64,000 nucleotides of DNA, taken from NCBI RefSeq assembly GCF_009914755.1, contig NC_060932.1, one strand, 5' to 3'. The position numbers and the translations under genes are program-made. The notes under the pieces are model-generated. The model saw only the letters and a list, made by a program, of their open reading frames with translations, had not been told where the DNA came from and ran no database searches. The DNA is from the human T2T-CHM13v2.0 reference genome, Homo sapiens. Shown one piece after another: positions 1-12,531 of this stretch; the stretch's first letter is position 1, and every line of letters starts with the position of its first letter.

Positions 1-378
1 CTTTATGAATCTGGGTGCTCCTGTATTGGGTGCATATATATTTAGGATAGTTAGCTCTTCTTTCTGAATTGATCCCTTTACCATTATGTAATAGCCTTCT
101 TTGTCTCTTTTGATCTTTGTTGGTTTAAAGTCTGTTTTATCAGAAACTAGGATTGCAACCCCTGCCTTTTTTTGATTTTCATTTGCTTGGTGGTTCTTCC
201 TCCATTCCTTTATTTTGAGCCTATTTGTGTCTCTGCCAATGAGATGGGTCTCCTGAATACAGCTCACTGATGGGTCTTGACTCTTTATCCAATTTGCCAG
301 TCTGTGTCTTTTAATTAGAGCATTTAGCCCATTTACATTTAAGGTTAATATTGTTACCTGTGAATTTGAGCCTGTCAT
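1..378 (-). CDS. L1 ORF2p N-terminal APE-type endonuclease fragment (126 codons, open to the window edge)
   Basis: Manual translation: MTGSNSQVTILTLNVNGLNALIKRHRLANWIKSQDPSVSCIQETHL...ILNIYAPNTGAPRFIK, no stop; NVNG, QET and YAP motifs are present. Confidence 0.9.
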   Translation of the reverse strand, partial: MTGSNSQVTILTLNVNGLNALIKRHRLANWIKSQDPSVSCIQETHLIGRDTNRLKIKEWRKNHQANENQKKAGVAILVSDKTDFKPTKIKRDKEGYYIMVKGSIQKEELTILNIYAPNTGAPRFIK

Positions 379-509
379 TATGATGTTAGCTGGTTATTTT
401 GCTCATTAGTTGATGCAGTTTCTTCCTAGCCTCAATGGTCTTTACAATTTGGCATGTTTTTGCAGTGGCTCGTACTGGTTGTTCCTTTCCATGTTTAGTG
501 CTTCCTTCA
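1..509 (-). mobile_element. L1PA (primate LINE-1), 5'-truncated within the ORF1 3' end; continues off the left edge
   Basis: The reverse complement reads TGAAGGAAGCACTAAACATGGAAAGG...CATCATAATGACAGG...GCACCCAGATTCATAAAG, which is the L1 ORF1 end, spacer and ORF2 start. Confidence 0.95.
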
Positions 510-644
510 AAAATTGAAATGTATTAGGAAAGATAAACTATCTTCGCAAACATCCAATAAGAATGGTTGGGTGTATTTAAATTAAGATTCAAGAAAATGA
601 ACAGCAGTGTGGCAAAAATAAATGTTATGTTTTGCTTTATTAAA

Positions 645-1165
645 TATTTTTAAATTACATTATAAATCACACAGAAAAGTGTACAAAACATAAATGTCCT
701 GCTGGATGCATTAACGCAAAGTGAATATACCTGTGGAACTAGGCAGAACATTACCAGTTGCCCAGAATCTCAACTCATGCCCCTGTTAATCATTAACCCC
801 TCCCATCTCAAAGATGAATATCTCCCTGACTTCTAGTGGTAGAGATTAACTTACTTGTTTTGAAAATTATATGAGTACAATCATGCAATGTGTATTGTTT
901 TATGTCTGCCTTCTCTCACTCAGTAGCATGTCTTCTGTGAGTATCTTCCATATAGATGCATAAAAGGGTAGCGGTTTTTTTTTTTTTTTTGATAGGGGCA
1001 GAGTAGCCCCATAGGTAAAGCATCACATGTAGGTAGGAATTCTGCTCTTAGTCAATATTTGAATTGTTTACTACATTGACTTTTATAAATAATGCAGCAA
1101 TGATTATATTTTTACATATTTTTGGTATACATACTTACTGCATTTTTGTTGAGTGTATTCATCGA
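645..1165 (-). mobile_element. Old L1 (L1ME-like) 3' UTR fragment
   Basis: AAAGTGTACAAAACATAAATG...AGAACATTACCAG...CCTGACTTCTA...TATGTCTGCCTTCTCTCACTCAG resembles antisense L1ME 3' ends. Confidence 0.65.
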
Positions 1166-1239
1166 ACAGTGTGTTGTTTTTTTCCTAAGTTATTGTCCCA
1201 CAAGCAAAATGTTTTTACTCTGTAATAAAATTACATTTT

Positions 1240-1557
1240 TAAAACTATGGTAAACTATAGATAAAAGATTTGATTAGTTACTATGGATTACACTCCAAAG
1301 GGTGTAACATTGTGAAGAGGTAACAGTCACAAGGGTCTCTATCTCCAATGTCACTTGGTCTATGTTTGAGTAAAGAATAAGGTGCATGGTTAAGGTATAA
1401 CATCTCAACACAAAGGTCAAGAAGCAAAAGTCATGCAGCAGAAAAAAAAAAAAAACAGCTGTGTCATATAACTCCAGGGCTTAACAATTTCCAGGGCTTA
1501 ACTTTTCCCCTTGGCATAATAAATTTGAAAAGTCCTAAAATTTTCTTTTCTTTTCAT
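1240..1557 (-). mobile_element. ERV1 MER4-group LTR fragment (MER65-like)
   Basis: CCAGGGCTTAACTTTTCCCCTTGGCATAATAAATTTG...TTTTCTTTTCA is a typical antisense 5' terminus of MER4-group LTRs. The left boundary is uncertain. Confidence 0.55.
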
Positions 1558-2256
1558 AAACTCATTAAAAGTTCACAGTTACTCTAATCATGAAATAGTT
1601 AAATGAGGTGCTCTTTGTGACAAAGTGGATGCAATTTTATCCTAGGAGATGAGAGCTTCTGTTCATCTTTATCCTCTTAAGTCCCTTTGGTCTTTTTAAT
1701 CCACTTAACACTGTTCAGGTAAATTGATCATGAAGCATCATAAACGACAGAAAGAGGTGTGCTTTTGTTTTCTATTCCTCACCATTTTCTGATTGTTTCT
1801 CATCCATTAAAAAAGTTATATTGGAAGAGTATAGATAAATTCAATGAACTCATTTATCCCTAAGTGACAGACAGAAGAGCAGGACTGTATTTACTATTAG
1901 CTCACCTATTTTTATCAAATAATATATTTACTAAATCAAATAATTACTTGGATTCTATCTGTTTATGTATACAAAATGAGCTCTCATTGATTGCATATTT
2001 TAAAATAACAAATTTAAATACATAACAAAGTCATGAAAAGTATATATTTGTTCTTTTTTGTCCAAATAAAGACGATTTCATAAGTATAATATTTTATACA
2101 TGTTTCCTTACACAGACTGGCCAACAGTACAACCACTATCAAGCTGAGATGATCATCAAAAAATGTGCAGGTCTCCTCTATAATGTGTGAACCTCACCTC
2201 TCACTGGGGCCAGGTCTCTTCATAGCTGGGTTTCACAGAGGTTACAGCAGAAACAC

Positions 2257-3009
2257 TGAAACCATCTTTGCGAAATTTTGACAGTAAGAAAAACTGGGCA
2301 CAGTTGACTCCATCTCTCTTCTGAACTCCAAGCTGTCCTTGATCATTTCTGGTATAAGCCAAGCCTAACTTTGGGAGGAATTTAGTTTATAGTTTAACTC
2401 GAAATGAAGGATATCAGCCCCTCCCTGAAACCAACCCCCTCCTTGCTTAGGGACCAAAAACTGTAAGACTCATGAGGCACCACAAGGTTAGGATTGTGGG
2501 AAGGACCTAACTCTGCTAAAATGTAGGCATGGTTTCTATAAGCCCTTGCTGCTCAGGAATCAAATGGCAAGAGGCCACAAGATTTGTGACTTCTCCAATT
2601 GTGCCTATAGATAACATCACAATTGTAGAACCTAAGGCTGGTTTTTAGAAATATTTTTCAGACTGAGATTTATGACCACCCAGATTTATGACTCACGACT
2701 CAACTGGTACTGTGACTCCAACCAGAGGTGGATTCAGTGAATGAGAACCATTTTCCACACCCCTATGATTTCACCCCCCAACCAATCAGGAGCACCCACT
2801 CCCTAAACCCCTGCTTACCCTTCCCCCCAAAACTGTTTACAAGAACCCTAACTTCTGAGCATCTGGGGAGAATGATTTGAGTGATATCTCTAGTTCTCCA
2901 ATATGGCTGGCCTCACACCAGTTCAACTCTTTGTCTACTGAAATGCTGTGGTCTCAGTGAATTGATTTTGTCTGTGCAGCAGGCTGGAGGAACCTGTAGT
3001 GCAATTACA
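2257..3009 (+). mobile_element. Solo LTR, LTR8 family (LTR8A/B-like, ERV1)
   Basis: Starts TGAAACCATCTTTGC, contains CTCCAAGCTGTCCTT...TAACTTTGGGAGGAATTTAGTTTATAGTTTAA, ends GGAACCTGTAGTGCAATTACA (TG...CA). Confidence 0.85.
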
Positions 3010-3343
3010 AACCACATCATCACATTCTGTACTGTATTTTAGGATAGCGTCATAGGACTTGATAGACAGAAATAATTTGCCCCTCATCCAAATCATCTTT
3101 TCCTTGAATTTGCAGGCTGGACATCTTGGAATTTATCATTGCAACAGAATGGCTGCATTTACATGGTGGCAATGTTGCTGTCGCTTTGCAAGCTCAAGCT
3201 GGAAAAGGATCTTGCACGGGATCACTGTTTCCCCCAGGCGTATATTTTGAGTAGCTTCTACAACATGAATAGTGATTTCTGACTTTTGAAAATATGTTGA
3301 AGAATATTAATTACCATGTAATAAAGTTATTTTTATTAATATA

Positions 3344-3402
3344 ATCATGAATCAAAATCATGGATCAAAAAATATATCATGAATCAAAATCATGAATCAA
3401 AA
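3344..3402. repeat. Short tandem repeat, ~13-bp unit ATCATGAATCAAA, four copies
   Basis: Directly visible. Confidence 0.85.
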
Positions 3403-3612
3403 AAGCCAATGTAAGGGTTGTATCTTTTAGAGGACACAGTACAGGAGCTCTTTACAGACATAGGCACTTGTGGAGAGATGCACCTGGCCATGCTCCCACA
3501 AACCCCAGGGGTCCTTTTGGATTTCAGGATTCCTTTAAGAGGACTCCAGTGGAAGAGTCTGAGAATCTCTGTTGAGTTGATTTCCGCATTCTTTCATCTC
3601 CCTTAAACTTCC

Positions 3613-4034
3613 TGTAACTGAAAGTGACTGAGGCAGATATCAATGAATTAGAGATTTATTTTACTAAGGTTGAGGACACACTTAGGAAAAAGAAAATCGA
3701 GTCCAGAGGTATCTGTGACCTGTGCCTTTCCCCATAGAGGGTTTTTGGGAAATCCAATATTTAAAGGAGAAAGAGCAAGCAGGAAGGGGAAAAAAAAAAA
3801 AAAAAAAAAAAAAAGAGGGAGGGTAGGCACTGAGGCAAGTGGTTACTTTCTTGTTTGAGGCTCTCATTAGCACTCAGTAAATCTACAGTTTACATTAGAT
3901 AAAAGAGGCATGTGAAATTACAGCTTTATGTTTGGGAACAAAAGAAAGGCCGTTGTATGTGACTCAGTTCTCAAGCTTAACGTTCCCTTTGGGGTAGTGA
4001 GTTTGGGGTCCTGAGATTCTGTTTTTCCTTCACA
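3613..4034 (-). mobile_element. Solo LTR, MER4 group (ERV1)
   Basis: TG...CA termini; GATTTATTTTACTAAGGTTGAGGACAC and CTTAACGTTCCCTTTGGGGTAGTGAGTTTGGGGTCCTGAGA...TTCACA; near-matching 4-bp flanks TTCC/CTCC. Confidence 0.8.
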
Positions 4035-4332
4035 CTCCTTTATGAGGATCCTCTTATCACAATTTGCCAAACCCAGCTTTTAGCACACTACCATGTTTCT
4101 CAGGACATAATAAAAAAAGACATGATAAAATGAATTCATAGTCAAGTTCTAGAGATAACATTTGTATAAAGCATAATACAGAGTAATAAAAAAACAAAAT
4201 GTCACACATTCCCAATATATATTTTTATTTGTAAACAAATATTCTGATGTAATTTTTGCAGCTTGTACCTTCCAAGGATCATTCAAATCACATCATAAAT
4301 GTAACTGATCTTGATTTCTGAGTGTAAAAAAG

Positions 4333-4712
4333 ATATATATATTATATATATTTATATATATTTATATATTTATATATATTTATATATATTTATATATTTA
4401 TATATATTTATATATTTATATATATTTATATATATTTATATATTTATATATATTTATATATATTTATATATTTATATATATTTATATATTTATATATATT
4501 TATATATTTATATATTTATATATTTATTTATATATTTATATATTCATTTATATTTATATATTTATATATTTATATTTATATATTTATATTTATATATTTA
4601 CAAATATTTATATATTTACATATATTTACATGTATTTACATATATTTATACATATTTATACATATTTATATATTTATATATTTATATATATTTATATATT
4701 AATATATATATA
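4333..4712. repeat. AT-rich micro/minisatellite, (TATATT)n and (TATATATT)n, ~380 bp
   Basis: Almost pure A/T; it produces the spurious I/Y/L/F ORF at 4311-4718. Confidence 0.97.
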
Positions 4713-4874
4713 ATGTGAGTGTAAGAAAGATGCATTTCTGTAATGACTCCATGATAATAAAAGATGTATGAATTTCTATTGGATCATAATAGCCATATAA
4801 CTTTTTTTGGAGCATCAGTTGCATTTTTTAATACTACATAAAATTATTAATGTACTTATCATTCATTATTCAAT

Positions 4875-5003
4875 GTTAAATATAAGGACACTGAAGAACA
4901 GAGAAGTTAAGCTACTTCTGGGAACTCACCAGTCTTGAGTTTTGTGTTGCAGAGTAAATATTTGGACACTGTTGTGTCTGATTCTGGAGGCTTGCTTTTA
5001 ACC
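4875..5003 (-). mobile_element. MIR fragment
   Basis: AAGGACACTGAAGAACAGAGAAGTTAAGCTACTT...GTCTGATTCTGGAGGCTTGCTTTTAACCA resembles the antisense MIR core. Confidence 0.55.
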
Positions 5004-5981
5004 AGGAAGAAATAACTGTAGTTATCTAGAATAATAGACGAGAATTTAATGATAGTTTGAGAACTGTTATGGTGCAAATAATTAAACTTTGATCTTCATA
5101 CTAATGAAGTAATCTTTTTAATCTCAACAGAAGGTGTGTATATAGGAGTGGAGGATTAGATTAACCAGTCTAACATTGAATATTTAAATCCTGTCGAGAG
5201 TTATTAATTTTCTTATCCTGTTTGGAGAGATAAATATAAATGTAACTGATCATTACACACTTTTGGAGATTTGAAATCCACAATTTTGTCTGCTCTAATA
5301 CACGTGAGATCCTATAACTTCAATGTAAGACAACGAGTTTGCCCTGATTCCCTTGGTCAGATTTGGAAATCAATCAGCTGAACATCTGGCAGCTAAATGC
5401 TTATTTTAGCTGCTAGAGTAGCAGCCACTCTGAAAAAGTCAAATTTATTTGTTTTTATTTTTGCACATCCATTCTAGAGTCAATTTTACTCCTTCTAAAG
5501 ACAAGCTGTTTGAAGAGAAATGTAGCTCTATTTAAAGATGGGGAAAATTGTTCTAACAGGTTTATTTTCTATTAATTTTCTCATCTGCTGCTTCTTTTAT
5601 CAGAATAAAAGGTGAACTGGATATAATAATGAAAGTATTATCTGAATAAGAAAGAAAGAGGGTGTATTTTATACACTGTTGTGTATAAATTAGAGAAAAT
5701 TAGGAATTTCTATCTTTTAGGAATTGTGTAGACTGGAAACAAAAAAATAAGATATAAAAAAGAATTTGTTTAGGAGTGGACTAAAGAAAATGTGTTTTGG
5801 AGCTTCTGAAAATAATAAATAAAAAGGACACTTTAGAGTTTGAAAATTACTATGAATAAGTAGAAAACAAAGTGTGAGGGCAGCTGTCCAGGAAAACACA
5901 GACATCAAAGAATAGTGAAAGTTCTAGAGATAACTTATTTGTATTAAAGCATTATATAGAGAAATAAAAAACAAAATGTCC

Positions 5982-6471
<490 letters not shown>

Positions 6472-8335
6472 TTATTCGAAGGTGAAATAGCTGTCTCTAA
6501 GCACCCTGTGTGTGTATGTGTCTGTGTATGATTCATTGGAAGTTTTACCTATGAACAGAATGGTGTGGGTGATTAGGTACATAGTCATTTGATCAATAAA
6601 GATCAATGGTCTACGTCTTTTAGCACTCATCTCCTTTGGGTCTTATTGTAAATAAATCTTGGACTCCATCCTTGTCAGTTCTTCTCCTTAAAGCCATTTA
6701 TGTTGCAGCTTCTTCTATCTACAAATTTGCAGTGTGTGTGATAAAGATAATGCCAGTTCAGGCATTAGCACTGCTGCTGAAAGCCCTAAGGGGCAACTCA
6801 ATATCCAGGAAAGAAATGTGTCTGAAGCTCTGAAGCCACAGAAGAGTTCTACTAAAATTTTGTGTATTTGTCTTGCTTAGCCGGCCTAATGAAAAACCGC
6901 CTTAACTGTTAATATTATTTTTTGGTGTATTTGAAGGTTATTAAATGATTATTGTTATTTAACACTTAAACTCTCAAAGTTTTTAAGAGATTTTATGAAA
7001 GAAATTTGGTCTTTATTTCAAAACAGCTCATTAAACAAAATTACTAATAATCAAGAAAAAGTTCCTATGTTATATAATCAGATTTTAACGTATCAAAATT
7101 ATATATTAAATGTAAAAGTTCACAGTCATCTTTTTTCTCTTTATATTTTTCCTTTTTAAAAAATAAAATATCTCAAAACTAACCAAATAAATAATTCCCT
7201 AAATATTTTTTTCTCATAACAATCACTATGTTTGTCAGAGTCTACATTTATCTCAGTTGAAAACCTTGAGATATTTTTATAAATAAACTAAACAATGCTT
7301 TTCAACATCTCCTATTTACAAATTACTTAGATAGGCATTGTAAGGGATGTGTTGTTTAAAATACGATGTGTATCCTTCATGTAGTCTTGTAATCTAGTGG
7401 GAGAAATAAAAGATATGCACATAAGAAAAAACTAATATTCAATCCATAAACTATAAAAGATAAATTAACTGTGTGGAAAGTTGAAATGTGTTCTCTGAAA
7501 ACATCCTTTATTTTTCATGTACCTTCAGTTTTACTGCCCACTGTTCTTTAGCACCTAATTTGTGTACATTTATAGTTGTCATTTCCACTCTCACTCTTCT
7601 CACGTCTAATCCATCCAACATTTTAGAGCAGAAGAATTTTCCATTAAGAGTATTTTAATTGTAGACTTTTGCAGATGAAAGTTGTCTTAGCAATCTAATT
7701 TAGGAACTGCACCTTGCACATCTTTGTACTTACTACAGCACTTAAACTATACATTTTCACAGGGTAAAAACAATTATTTTCATTTGCTAAATTGGGTGGC
7801 TGGGGTAAAAGAACCTTGTCAACATTTTTCTATGATTTCCTATTGTTTTCATGATTTGCTCAAAATTACTGAAACTGAAGTTTAGGCCAGTTATTATCTG
7901 TACACAAGTTATTTATCTCAAATTACTCCACCAAAAAACACTTGGCCATTTCAACCAATCCATTATCTTCATTGTTCTTTGAAGACTTTATTTTTAAAAT
8001 TTGGTGTTCTCCACCCTATGCTATGCCTATCATAAGCTCACCTGTCCTTTAACAGAAAAAACAAGGGTTGTTGCTTGTAAAGGGTTGTTGAACTAATGAT
8101 TTCTGTGAAGCTTGGAGGGTATTATCCTGTATATATTAATTTGGTACAAACATTATATACCATTTTATTGTTCATTTGATTTGTACTAATTACTATTTGT
8201 TGTCTTATTATGTGCAAAACTTTCTGAATATAGCAAGAAATAAAATAGCTATGACATTTTACAGATGTTACATTTTATTGGGAAACACATTGAACAAATA
8301 ACCACATGAAAAATTTATAATAATTTTTACTTTTC

Positions 8336-8776
8336 TTTTTTTAATTTGTATTTTAAGTTCTGGGGTACATGTGCAAGTTTGTTACATAGGTAAATTATGT
8401 CATGGGGGTTTGTTATGCAGATTATTTCATCACCCAAATATTAAGCCTAGTACCCATTAATTATTTTTCCAGATCCTCTCCCTCCTCCATCCTTTACCCT
8501 CTTGAAGGCCTCAGAGTCTGTCATTCCCCTCTATGTATGCGTCCACATGTTCTCATCATTTAGCTCCCACTTTTAAATGAGAACATGTGGTATTTGGTTT
8601 ACTGTTCCTGCGTTAATTTGCTAAGGATAATGACCTCCAGCTTCATCCATGTTCCTGCAAAGGACATGATCTCATTCTTTTTATGGCTGCACAGTATTCC
8701 ATGGTGTATATGTGCTGTATTTTCTCTATCCAGTCTATAATTGATGGGCATTTAGGTTGATTCCATGTCTTTGCTA
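8336..8776 (-). mobile_element. 5'-truncated older L1PA 3' end (L1PA13-16-like)
   Basis: TTTTAAGTTCTGGGGTACATGTGC...CATTTAGCTCCCAC...CCATGTCTTTGCTA; TSD TTTTTACTTTTC at 8324-8335 and 8781-8792. Confidence 0.9.
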
Positions 8777-9234
8777 ACTGTTTTTACTTTTCCTTCATAG
8801 CTCTTTTAATAATTGATGTCTATGAAAAAAATAATTCATTGTTTTAATTTGGATTTCTCTAATTCTAGTAAAATAGTCATTTTTAAATTGATAATTGACT
8901 TTTTGATTTTTGTAAACTAATAGGAATTGATTTTTTCTTTTGTAATTTTTACTTTTAAGGATAGAAAATCCTCCTTCCAATGCTTAGATAAAATATTTAT
9001 CTATTCCAACCTTTTCATAATTTGAAGTGGAGGAGTTAATTGTGATTGTTTGGTTTTATATTTAGCCCTATAAAAATTAAAATAATAGGTCTGAGGTAAG
9101 GTTTTAAATACATACACACTGTATGGTGTGTGTGGTCTGAGTTAAGGTTTTAAATACACACACAAACAAACACACATATATATATATATAAGTTCTTTCA
9201 TTACTAACCTATAATCCTAACAGAAGACTTTTAA

Positions 9235-9690
9235 AATAAATGTTTATTGTAGGACAGTTTTAGATTGACAGAAAAAAATTCAGACAGTACAGAATGTTCA
9301 TGTACCCCATGTCATTTCCCTCATTAGTAACATCTTACATTAGTATGTACATCTGTTATAATTAATGAATCATTGTTGATGCATTATTATTAATTAATGC
9401 TTATTTTTATTCTGGTTTACCTAGTTTCTAATCTAGCATTTATTTTCTTCCCCAGGATCCCATCCAGGAGAGCAAGTTACATTTCTTCTTGTCTCTTAGG
9501 CTCCTCTTGGCTGCTACAATTTTTCAGGCTTTCTTTGCTTCTGATGACCCTAATGGTCTTGAGGGGACTGGGCAGGCATTTTACAGAATGTTCCTCAATT
9601 TTTATTTGCCTGATGTTTTTCTCATGGTTAGATTGCATTTATGGGTTTGGGGAAGGAAGACCATAAAGCAACATTTTCATCACATTATTT
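9235..9690 (-). mobile_element. L1MC/L1MD 3' UTR fragment
   Basis: CAGTTTTAGATTGACAGAAAA...CCAGGATCCCATCCAGGA...TGATGTTTTTCTCATGGTTAGA. Confidence 0.75.
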
Positions 9691-9716
9691 ACATATTCTT
9701 CCCCCTTGACATAGAA

Positions 9717-10040
9717 TGTTGAGAAAGGAGAGAAACTTTTTATCTGAGGAGTGTGAGCCCCTTTAAATTATCAGGCCCAGACAGGCATTGAGGCCGCTTG
9801 CTTTTGAGGCCGCTTGCTTTGAGGGCTCTAGAGTGACTGACACCAAGCAGTCATAAAATTAACCCAACAGTGCCATATGCTGAACATCGTAACTCACACC
9901 GTATAGTGAGTGATATACAACCAACCACTAATCAACGCCATTTCTGTAAACCAACAAGAATTCCTGACAAACGACTTTGTACAGCTCACTCCTTGTTCCC
10001 TTAGGCCTGTGAAAACCTGCTTCTAACAAAACACCACAGG
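9717..10040 (+). mobile_element. ERV1 MER4-group LTR fragment, subfamily uncertain
   Basis: TTATCTGAGGAGTGTGAGCCCCTTTAAATTATCAGGCCCAG and TTCTGTAAACCAACAAGAATTCCTGACAAACGACTTTGT; internal 17-bp tandem duplication TGAGGCCGCTTGCTTT. Confidence 0.65.
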
Positions 10041-10259
10041 GAACGCTTTTGTTCATTCTGATTTGCATTTACTAATTTGCTAAAAATCTGTTTTTATAAT
10101 GTTCTTTAAATCAGAACTGTTATAAACTCTAAGTAGACTGTTCCATCACTAGTCTGAATTTATGAGGAGCCTATACATGGGCTGGTCACAATATTAATGA
10201 CATATGCTCAAAGTGAACTTTCAAAATAATAGATGTTATGAAGTTGCCAGTCTCTAAAA

Positions 10260-10938
10260 ATGGAATGGGCCAGGTCATGACACTATATCCCAGCCACAAG
10301 GAACTCCTTCTGGTTGACATATGCAAGATACTGTTACCTAAAATGCATTCAGCACCCATGACCAGACTTTCTTGCTGTATTTTTTTTTAGCTGAACAATC
10401 TTAGGTGTATTTTCCTATCAGAGAAAAAATTACTCTGAGTAACTTCGATAATATATCTTTATTTCTATAAGAGATTTTCAGCTTTCAAAAAAAATGAAAT
10501 CTTAAAATGAGCTATTTTTAAATGAGGTTGTTGTTAATAATAATTTAAAGGTACTAACTAAGTTCACCAACCACCTGTCATTCATTCCTTGGAGCCACAG
10601 TGACTTGCAGTCACCTGCCCTTTACTGTAGGAGATGCGGTCAGATAACTAGAATACAATGGATAAGAGATGAAGGTGGGTTGTGTGCTCTGAACAGCAGG
10701 GCCATCTCATTGTTGCAACTTTGCTTGTGTGGAGTAGGGGGAGGGAAGCCTGAAGAGAGGAAAGTGCACTTGAAGGAGGGCTTGCACAGAAATTGCCTAA
10801 GATTGTTTAACAAGGAAAACATAGCAAGAAGGCCTGGTCATGGGTAGTGAATGCATTTCAGGTAATAGTATCTTGCATATGTCAATCAGAAGGTGTTCTT
10901 ATGGCTGGGATGTAGTTTCATGACCTGGCCCATTCCAT
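10260..10938. repeat. Long inverted repeat: arms 10260-10405 and 10796-10938, ~390-bp spacer
   Basis: Arm 1 ATGGAATGGGCCAGGTCATGA...AACAATCTTAGG is the reverse complement of arm 2 CCTAAGATTGTT...TCATGACCTGGCCCATTCCAT; roughly 85% identity by manual alignment. Confidence 0.95.
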
Positions 10939-11683
10939 ATTAAGTTGGGGTAAGTTCATCATTTTTTCTTTCAATTCTAAGAAATTTAGATTATTATATT
11001 ACAAGCGATAGAAAAAACAATGTTTGAAGGCAGGAGAATTACAGGAATTAGAAAAATAATGCTAGTAATTATTTAAAAAGTTCAACAGGAAGAGGGAGCG
11101 ACAGCCACAGTACCTATCAGGAAACAGTGGCACTGGGATAGACAGTGATGATGCGACAGGGAGGAGGAGACAGAGTCCACAGGAAATCAAGGGAGTGAAG
11201 TGGGCAGGCCTGGTGACTGCAGTAATGTGAGGATTACTGGTTCCAGTTTGAGCAACTCCCACTTTTAACCCTGTGATGCACAAACACACGCACACACACA
11301 AATATATATACACACATATGCATGCACACACATACATAATGTGTCATTATATACTATAATTATATGTATATGTAATATATTATGTACATATTATATATGT
11401 ATACATTATCTATGTATCATATATGTATATTGGTTCCCCGTTCCTGACTCCTCTAGCCCTGGTTATAATGTTGGGGCACTCTAGGCCTCAGAAAACAGAA
11501 CCCCTCTCTCTGACCTTCTCTTGCCCTCCTTTCACTTACCCAAGGCAATTGCCTTCTGACTGTGGGTCCTAAGACCCTCATTTCAGAGGAGATCCTGCCC
11601 CATACTCTGAAGGGAGGAATAATTCACAGAGAGGCCAAGAAGAACCTGGACAGGACTAGCTAGGTTTAGAACATACCCTTTCA

Positions 11684-12013
<330 letters not shown>

Positions 12014-12017
12014 AGAA

Positions 12018-12149
12018 CATACCCTTTCTGTCCAAATCACACTTCTACACAGTTGCTAATCATTCCTATCAAGTAAGTCTCCATACCCTTTCTGTCTAAA
12101 TCACACTTCTACACAGTTGCTAATCATGCCTATCCAGTAAGTCTCCATA
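12018..12149. repeat. 64-bp tandem duplication inside MER21A
   Basis: CATACCCTTTCTGTCCAAATCACACTTCTACACAGTTGCTAATCA...GTAAGTCTC at 12018 and again at 12082. Confidence 0.92.
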
Positions 12150-12187
12150 AAATGCAAAAGAGGGCAGGGTTTGGTGCACAAGGAGGG

Positions 12188-12531
12188 TGTATTAGTCCCT
12201 TTTCACGCTGCTGATAAAGACATACCTGAGACTGGGAAGAAGAGGCTTAATGGACTTACAGTTCCACATGGCTGGGGAGGCGTCACAATCATGGTGGAAG
12301 GCAAGGAGGAGCAAGTCACCTCTTACATGGATGGCAGCAGGCAAAGAGAGAGCGCCTGTGCAGGGGAAGCCCTGTTTATAAAACCATCAGATCTCATGAG
12401 ACTTATTCACTATCATGAGAGCAGCATGGGAAAGACTTGCTTCCATGATTCAATTACCTCCCACTGGGTCCCTCCCACAACACATGGGAATTCCAGATGA
12501 GATCTGAGTGGCCACAGAGCCAACCATATCA
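12188..12531 (-). mobile_element. THE1B solo LTR (ERVL-MaLR)
   Basis: TGTATTAGTCC...GCTGCTGATAAAGACATACCTGAGACTGGG...CAACCATATCA. Confidence 0.93.

Noticed and set aside
3344-3402. Short direct-repeat array considered as CRISPR-like
   Set aside because: Simple tandem 13-mers without unique spacers, in eukaryotic DNA with no cas genes.
4311-4718. 135-aa ORF
   Set aside because: It is the translation of the AT microsatellite (I/Y/L/F only).
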